Below are positions 58,601-64,000 of a stretch of 64,000 nt of DNA, piece after piece. Below the pieces are notes generated by a model. That model searched no databases, was not told the origin of the DNA, and saw nothing but the letters and a program-made list of their open reading frames with translations. Location of the stretch: the IMG/VR virus record IMGVR_UViG_3300050343_000266, positions 1 through 64,000 of that record, one strand, 5' to 3'. Each line of letters begins with the position of its first letter. The first letter of the stretch is position 1. The position numbers were made by a program, and so were the translations under genes. The DNA comes from a virus (lineage: Duplodnaviria; Caudoviricetes).

Positions 58601-58945
58601 TTAAATATAAGTAAAGCTTACATAATCTACACCTGGGTGTGTAAGTCCGATTGCTAATGCTGCTCCGTACGATAAATCAAGCTCACGAGCACCAATGTAG
58701 GGGCCGCGATCATTGATACGTACATCCACGCATCCTTGGTAACAAACGCGTAATTTTGTACCGAAAGGTAGCGTCTTATGTGCGGCGGTATGTCCGTACA
58801 TATTGTAAGTTTCGCCGTTGGCTGTTGTCCTGCCGTGGAAATAGCTACCGTACCAGGAAGAAAGCATGGAGCCTCCTGCCTGGACGGATGTGCCGAGGCT
58901 GAGCATTGCAACAGCAGCGAGAGTACTAATAGATTTAATAAACAT
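58601..58945 (-). CDS. RlpA-like DPBB lytic transglycosylase with a signal peptide
   Basis: SWYG..FHGRTTANGE, TAAHKTLPFGT, VRINDRGPY, LDLS. Confidence 0.9.
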   Translation of the reverse strand: MFIKSISTLAAVAMLSLGTSVQAGGSMLSSWYGSYFHGRTTANGETYNMYGHTAAHKTLPFGTKLRVCYQGCVDVRINDRGPYIGARELDLSYGAALAIGLTHPGVDYVSFTYI

Positions 58946-59022
58946 TTAGTTGATAACATTATTTTCTAAACCTTAAGCTAACTAATAGGGAGCACAATTA
59001 AGTACTCCCAATCGTATAACTA

Positions 59023-59979
59023 TCACGCAGTAACTAAGTCACGTGCGATTGTGAAGGCTTTCTTGCTAATCTGAGCACCAATACCGAATGTGCCACGTGC
59101 AAACTGAGCACGAGTTTTAGCAGCGGTCTGATTACGAGTGCTTGTTTCTATTTGGGTAATAGCATTAAAGCCATTCCAAAGAGAGAACGAGGCATACTCT
59201 GCACCATAGCCAGCACGGAATGCTTGCTCTAGCTTCTGACGTTTACGTAGGACATCACCTTCGTCTACGTTATATACCTCATCAACGAACTCGTTGAACT
59301 GAGACATATTCATAGCTGTACGAGAGAACTCACGCATCAGGTCACATTCATGAGCAAAGTCTTGACGCGATACATCAATGCTGCTGATAAGAGTATCGAA
59401 GTTTGCGTTGGCAGTGCCCTTGTGAGTGATGCTTGAGTGAGCACCTGTGTCACGCAAGGCAGCAGTCAGTGTGTTCTGACAGACAACACGGATGTTGGTG
59501 AACTTTGCACCACAACCAGTCTTGCCGTCATGACCTAAGTAGCCGACGATGCGTCGTTTGACTGTGTCGCCAGGGACGATGTCCGTCTCCGCACCACGGA
59601 GTGTGGCGGTAAAGCATACTTTGGCTCCGTCTGATAGAACGATGACGCAGTCCATGTCTGCCTCTTCGCGGATAAACTCCGCCATGCGAAGCAGCGATTC
59701 GTTTTGAACGATTTCGTACTGCTTGGTAACGACACCGAGCAAGGCTTGGGTGTCAGTACGGACAACTCCGAAGACACCTGCTGGCAGCCAAAGGGGCTGA
59801 TCGTTGTCAGGTTGAGTGTTGTTGTTCCAGTATTGAAGCTCTCGCTTCTCGACAGTAAATAGTGCGTCTGCTGTTTCAAACGCCTCTCGCGCTGGAAGCG
59901 TGCCAGGGGTGACAACCCCCTGCCCGTGCCATGCACGTTCGCCATTGCCGAGCCAGCCAGATGTGAAATTTGCGGACAT
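59023..59979 (-). CDS. DUF932 (TIGR03299-like) phage/plasmid protein
   Basis: AWHG.G, VRTDT...LGVV...YEIVQN, HDG, IRVVCQNTL, SLWNGFNAIT. Confidence 0.85.
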   Translation of the reverse strand: MSANFTSGWLGNGERAWHGQGVVTPGTLPAREAFETADALFTVEKRELQYWNNNTQPDNDQPLWLPAGVFGVVRTDTQALLGVVTKQYEIVQNESLLRMAEFIREEADMDCVIVLSDGAKVCFTATLRGAETDIVPGDTVKRRIVGYLGHDGKTGCGAKFTNIRVVCQNTLTAALRDTGAHSSITHKGTANANFDTLISSIDVSRQDFAHECDLMREFSRTAMNMSQFNEFVDEVYNVDEGDVLRKRQKLEQAFRAGYGAEYASFSLWNGFNAITQIETSTRNQTAAKTRAQFARGTFGIGAQISKKAFTIARDLVTA

Positions 59980-60147
59980 TTTGATGTAGCCATGTATTGG
60001 ACACAAGTTGTAAAAGGCCCCGTTAGGGGTCCTCCAAAGTATGGCAATTAGCTTTAAAAAACAAAGTCACTAAATATACATTTGCTGAGTTATTTATATC
60101 TACATGTTTATCAGCCTACGATTTATTAAGTTAACAATCAAAAAAAA

Positions 60148-60465
60148 TTAAGCTTGAAGATCAATGTACTGAGATATCTTCTCAGACATTTCCCAACCAC
60201 CTTTATATTTCCCTGTTTTGCAAGCAACTAGGTGCTCACAGGCAAAACATGGATGTCCATAACATTCTTTAGTAAGCCGTTTGTCAGCTTGGATACGTCT
60301 GAATGTAAATAATGAATTGATATATCCACAGTTTTCTGAATGTTTGTGCATAAAGCAGCGAGTGGCTTCATACATCACTTCAGACATTGTCATGCCCCAA
60401 GCATTGGCGTAGTCCTTTAATACTGCGTGACACGGGTCAGGCATTTGAACTTGAATTTTTTTCAT
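60148..60465 (-). CDS. Ribbon-helix-helix-like protein with a Cys/His-rich C-terminus (paralog 2)
   Basis: KKIQVQMPD..HAVLKDYANAWGMTMSEVMYEA; CYG..C..C.H..AC.TG.YK. Confidence 0.65.
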   Translation of the reverse strand: MKKIQVQMPDPCHAVLKDYANAWGMTMSEVMYEATRCFMHKHSENCGYINSLFTFRRIQADKRLTKECYGHPCFACEHLVACKTGKYKGGWEMSEKISQYIDLQA

Positions 60466-60809
60466 GAGATACAACTGTCACATGAACATCTTTTGACGTG
60501 TTGCTTCAACAAATGCCTATATTCTTCAGCAATTTCCCATTCGTTTTTGTACAGACCAGTTCTACACGCAAGCTCATGTTTACAGCACCGGCAAAGATAG
60601 CCGTAGCAATGCTTGGCTGAACGTTTGTCAGGAAGCATTCCCTGTTTTCTGAGTATTCCGTCTGCCATTTCACATACCTGAGAAGATCCATGTATGTGCT
60701 GTTTCGCAGCCTCATACATGAGCTCTCCCATGGTCATGCCCCAATAAGCGCAGTACTCCTTGAGGACAGCAGCAAATTGTTCGTCAACCTTGACGTCTAT
60801 CCGCTGCAT
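60462..60809 (-). CDS. Ribbon-helix-helix-like protein with a Cys/His-rich C-terminus (paralog 1)
   Basis: QRIDVKVDE..AAVLKEYCAYWGMTMGELMYEA; same Cys/His pattern; ATGA overlap with paralog 2. Confidence 0.65.
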   Translation of the reverse strand: MQRIDVKVDEQFAAVLKEYCAYWGMTMGELMYEAAKQHIHGSSQVCEMADGILRKQGMLPDKRSAKHCYGYLCRCCKHELACRTGLYKNEWEIAEEYRHLLKQHVKRCSCDSCIS

Positions 60810-61016
60810 AAATGCGAACATGAAAATGAATCCTCTTGAACATAGGGGCAAAGAGACGGATCGGACACGATTTGAGCAAATTGCTTCTCGGTAAAATTTT
60901 ATTAAGCGTACATTTTTTAATCATTTGTGTAGCAAGCGTACAACCGTGCTTTTTTGCTTGTATTCAGCTGCAAGGGAAGGGAAGTGCTCAGACAGTACCC
61001 CAATAGAATTATGGAA

Positions 61017-61120
61017 AAACTACGTTTGCTACGCTTCTTCCTTATATATCTCTTTTTTAATGCACCTCTCCTCTATTTATTTAATGGTTATATAGAGAAT
61101 TAGCGTAGTTAGCGTAGCTT
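61017..61120. repeat. Long imperfect inverted-repeat element, copy B
   Basis: AAACTACGTTTGCTACGCT ... AGCGTAGTTAGCGTAGCTT around an AT-rich core; right arm identical to 31602-31620. Confidence 0.8.
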
Positions 61121-61169
61121 TTTATATAGCAGATACTAAAAAACCCAGCACTTGACTGGGCTTTGGATG

Positions 61170-61859
61170 CTACGCAATGGTCGGTTTAAATTGAAAGATG
61201 TCTTTGACGCCGCCTGTATATTGTCGGGCAAACTCATTAACGTCGGTAGTAGGTTGATAAGGATTTGCTTCTTCAGAATCGTATGCCATATCCTGGAAAT
61301 TACTTTTGTAAGGAGACAAATTTCCGCCAGCCCCGAAGGTGTTTTCCCAATCAGAAACAATCCCTGCATTTTTTAATAATTCAGGTGAGGGCTCATATGG
61401 TTCCTCAGTTGTGTCAGGTGTAATAGAAGCATTAGTTTGTTCGTCATCGTTAGTAGATAAAGCATCAATCTTATCTCTTAGTAAACGTTGAGCATCGTTA
61501 ACTAAATTGTTCGTGACGCCAGTAATATCTTTGTTGGAAGAGTATTTACCTTCGTTCCCTGCTTTCTTGTGAAGCTTGTGAGCGCCACGTTGATAGGCAA
61601 CATAATCAGATAGTTTTCCGTCGCCTTCGATATCGTCCATATGTTGAGCACTGGTGCGATAGTCAAAGTCATTACGGACTCGATCTTCGACAGCTGCTCT
61701 TAAGGCATCATCGTCAAAGTCTTCGTAACGACTGCCACCATGTGCGTCGTTAGTAAATTGATCTTGATCAATTCCATATTCGTCTGCCAAGTCACGAATG
61801 TAATTACGCTGGCCCATAAGACCTAATTTGCCGAACTTTTTTGGCTTGTCTCTTCCCAT
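61170..61859 (-). CDS. Hypothetical protein
   Basis: 229-aa ORF. Confidence 0.65.
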   Translation of the reverse strand: MGRDKPKKFGKLGLMGQRNYIRDLADEYGIDQDQFTNDAHGGSRYEDFDDDALRAAVEDRVRNDFDYRTSAQHMDDIEGDGKLSDYVAYQRGAHKLHKKAGNEGKYSSNKDITGVTNNLVNDAQRLLRDKIDALSTNDDEQTNASITPDTTEEPYEPSPELLKNAGIVSDWENTFGAGGNLSPYKSNFQDMAYDSEEANPYQPTTDVNEFARQYTGGVKDIFQFKPTIA

Positions 61860-61883
61860 GACACAATTAAATAGCTTTTAAAT

Positions 61884-62081
61884 CTATTTTACTTGGTCTG
61901 AAGTTGACTTTTTAGGTTTGTAGTAAAGAGGCTCGTCAAGATAATCGCAGACAAGTTCTGCTAAGTCCCAATAGTGAATAAACCAGTCGGCTATTAGTCC
62001 TGAGTGGGGTAGTGCGTGATATCGATATTCGACATCATCTATTTCGTCAAGAATTTTGTCGCGTAGTTCCTGCTTGTTCAT
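61884..62081 (-). CDS. Hypothetical protein
   Basis: 65-aa ORF. Confidence 0.5.
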   Translation of the reverse strand: MNKQELRDKILDEIDDVEYRYHALPHSGLIADWFIHYWDLAELVCDYLDEPLYYKPKKSTSDQVK

Positions 62082-62212
62082 TCATAGAGTCTAGATCTAA
62101 ATAGCATTTAATGCTGGCTATTAGCCCTAGTTACTTATACAAATTGCATACAATTTATAAAGGAGAAGTTACTTATGTAAAACGCAAATAACACATAGGT
62201 ATATAAATATGA

Positions 62213-63313
62213 GTGTTACCCGAAAGATTACGTAAAGCCAAAATCAGGCGAGATGTATCACGTTTAAATACTGATATAAGAGATTTAGACTTTGATGAAA
62301 TCGCAGATGGATTTGATCTTAAGGACGACCCACAGATTTATAAACTTCTGAAAGAGTTATCGCAAAGAGAAGCTTTAAGAGCTGAGGTAGGCGATTATCA
62401 TGATATTATTCCTGATCCAGGTAGGCCCGGTAAATGGACTTTCTCTGAATACAAAGAAAGCGATCCAGTTTTAACTCATAATCAGCAAAATGCTTCACTT
62501 AATCATTACTTGAACAGTGAGCTATCGGGAGGTTATATGCCTTCACTGCCTATGGATACTAATCCAGCATTAATGGCTGAATTAGAAGAAGCAGTAAAAG
62601 CTTTGATGTCACGAGAAACACTAGAGAAATTTGGAGGTAAGCATGGGATGCATGGAGGAACTCGCAGAGTATCTGATCAACCAGGTGTAATGGCACAATA
62701 TATTCATGATTTAGGATTAGGATACGATCGTGTGTATAGAGATCCAATAACACATCAAAAACCAAATCAAGGTCATATCGCCGCACATGCTAGTAGTGAT
62801 GTTTTGTCTCATTTAAAAGAGAACATAAGACTACAAGGAGGTCATTTAAATCAAATTCTTCGAAATGAAGAATCAGACATGGTTACAGCAATATTAGATC
62901 AAATGCAAGGTAGACGGCAGGTGGTTGATCAAGTTGATTTAGACAAAAACATTGTAGAAATCAAAGCTGCTCAGAATTTACGAAAGAAACAAAAACAACA
63001 AGAAACTCGACAAAAAAATAAAGAAGTTAAAATGAAATTTGATGCTGGAGCTAGTAATTTGTTAGATAAAAGATTTGCAGATGCAAGAGTTTTAGACGAA
63101 TTTCAAAAGCTAAAACAGAGTGCACTACAAGAAATAGATGCCAAGCGTGATGCTCAAGCTGCAGGTGCAGTGGTTGGAGAGAAGCCAACAGTAATCAATG
63201 CTGGTGAAGGATCACGTGTCTATGTTGAAGGCGGTAACGGCAATGGTAACGGACATAAAGTCGATAAAATTAAAGCAGCGATGAAGAATGGATATGGGAA
63301 CGGTAAACATTAA
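62213..63313 (+). CDS. Hypothetical protein, possible His-Me nuclease-like motif
   Basis: 366 aa; NQGHIAAH...ENIRLQGGHLN. Confidence 0.55.
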   Translation: MLPERLRKAKIRRDVSRLNTDIRDLDFDEIADGFDLKDDPQIYKLLKELSQREALRAEVGDYHDIIPDPGRPGKWTFSEYKESDPVLTHNQQNASLNHYLNSELSGGYMPSLPMDTNPALMAELEEAVKALMSRETLEKFGGKHGMHGGTRRVSDQPGVMAQYIHDLGLGYDRVYRDPITHQKPNQGHIAAHASSDVLSHLKENIRLQGGHLNQILRNEESDMVTAILDQMQGRRQVVDQVDLDKNIVEIKAAQNLRKKQKQQETRQKNKEVKMKFDAGASNLLDKRFADARVLDEFQKLKQSALQEIDAKRDAQAAGAVVGEKPTVINAGEGSRVYVEGGNGNGNGHKVDKIKAAMKNGYGNGKH

Positions 63314-63537
63314 GTTAGTTCCAGCAACTTAGATATTCATCAGTTGAAACTAGGATTGTTTCCGTCAGTGGAAGACGTGTCATTGATATTTGGTCTACGT
63401 CCATATAATCAACAGTCATAACGCCAGGGCTGGTTTCAATTGCGCCGACGATAAACACTGACATAAGTAATGTGCACATATTTATTGCATGTATAGAACA
63501 CTGAAAAATAGGCTAGCCAATAGGCCAGCCATATGTG

Positions 63538-63771
63538 TCAGTTGACAGGAAGGTTCGATTCGATTGTTTGAATCGCCTCGCGTAATGTTGCACCTGCATA
63601 ACCAGATGCACCTGAGTAAAACTCAGTAGGTTCTGCATAGATGTCCTCTTGTGATTGAGGCCAGCTAAGAGGACGTGCCTTGCGACAGTAGCCTTCAGAG
63701 AGACGCATCATCGTGAGCAGATGATCAAGTTGATATCTAGGAATAGAGACCATCTCAAATTCGAAGTTCAT
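63538..63771 (-). CDS. Hypothetical protein
   Basis: Probable start at MNFEFEMVS within the 118-aa ORF. Confidence 0.5.
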   Translation of the reverse strand: MNFEFEMVSIPRYQLDHLLTMMRLSEGYCRKARPLSWPQSQEDIYAEPTEFYSGASGYAGATLREAIQTIESNLPVN

Positions 63772-64000
63772 GTGTTCCGTATAGGGGACACAAAGAACTA
63801 AACCGCCCATTAGGGCGGAAGGTTGTTTAAACGACCCATGCGAGATTTGAACTCGCGATACCACCGTGACAGGGTGGCGTGATAACCGCTTCACTAATGG
63901 GTCTAGTAGGGGTATGGGGTTTAAGACCCCAGTACCTAGTAATCACTCTTGGAAGCAATAAGTAACCATCCAATCCATTACATGGCTGGCTGAACGTAGT

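Noticed and set aside
59535-60047. 170-aa alternative-frame ORF overlapping the DUF932 gene
   Set aside because: No RBS or motif evidence; probably a by-product of the GC-richer coding sequence

Overview
This window looks like most of the genome of a marine cyanophage (a tailed dsDNA phage of Synechococcus/Prochlorococcus). About 1-34 kb, mainly on the + strand, is the morphogenesis arm: terminase large subunit, portal, putative scaffold, N4-gp56-type major capsid protein, two S74-chaperone tail fibres and a GH19 endolysin. This arm also carries a full-length cyanobacterial-type sigma-70 factor and a tyrosine recombinase next to a tRNA 3'-end fragment. About 36-64 kb, mainly on the - strand, is the replication, metabolism and early arm: split family A DNA polymerase, primase-VapE helicase, PD-(D/E)XK nuclease, ThyX, minimal RNR pair, MazG-like protein, IF-1, thioredoxin, 2OG-Fe(II) oxygenase, SET-domain protein, hli, psbA with an EndoVII-type homing endonuclease, RlpA and DUF932. 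A glutamine-II (Downstream-peptide) riboswitch precedes a DUF4278 gene. Many single-base indels break essential genes, mostly in 1-15 kb, and are probably long-read errors. The most unusual signals are: (1) a SET methyltransferase coupled to a Met-Pro repeat protein and next to a histone-tail-like basic protein; (2) a cluster of enzyme folds that have lost their catalytic residues; (3) twin inverted-repeat elements 29.5 kb apart, one beside the recombinase and one beside a tandem RHH-Zn pair; (4) about 527 nt of dual-frame coding between portal and scaffold. All family calls come from motif recognition by eye; no database search was run.
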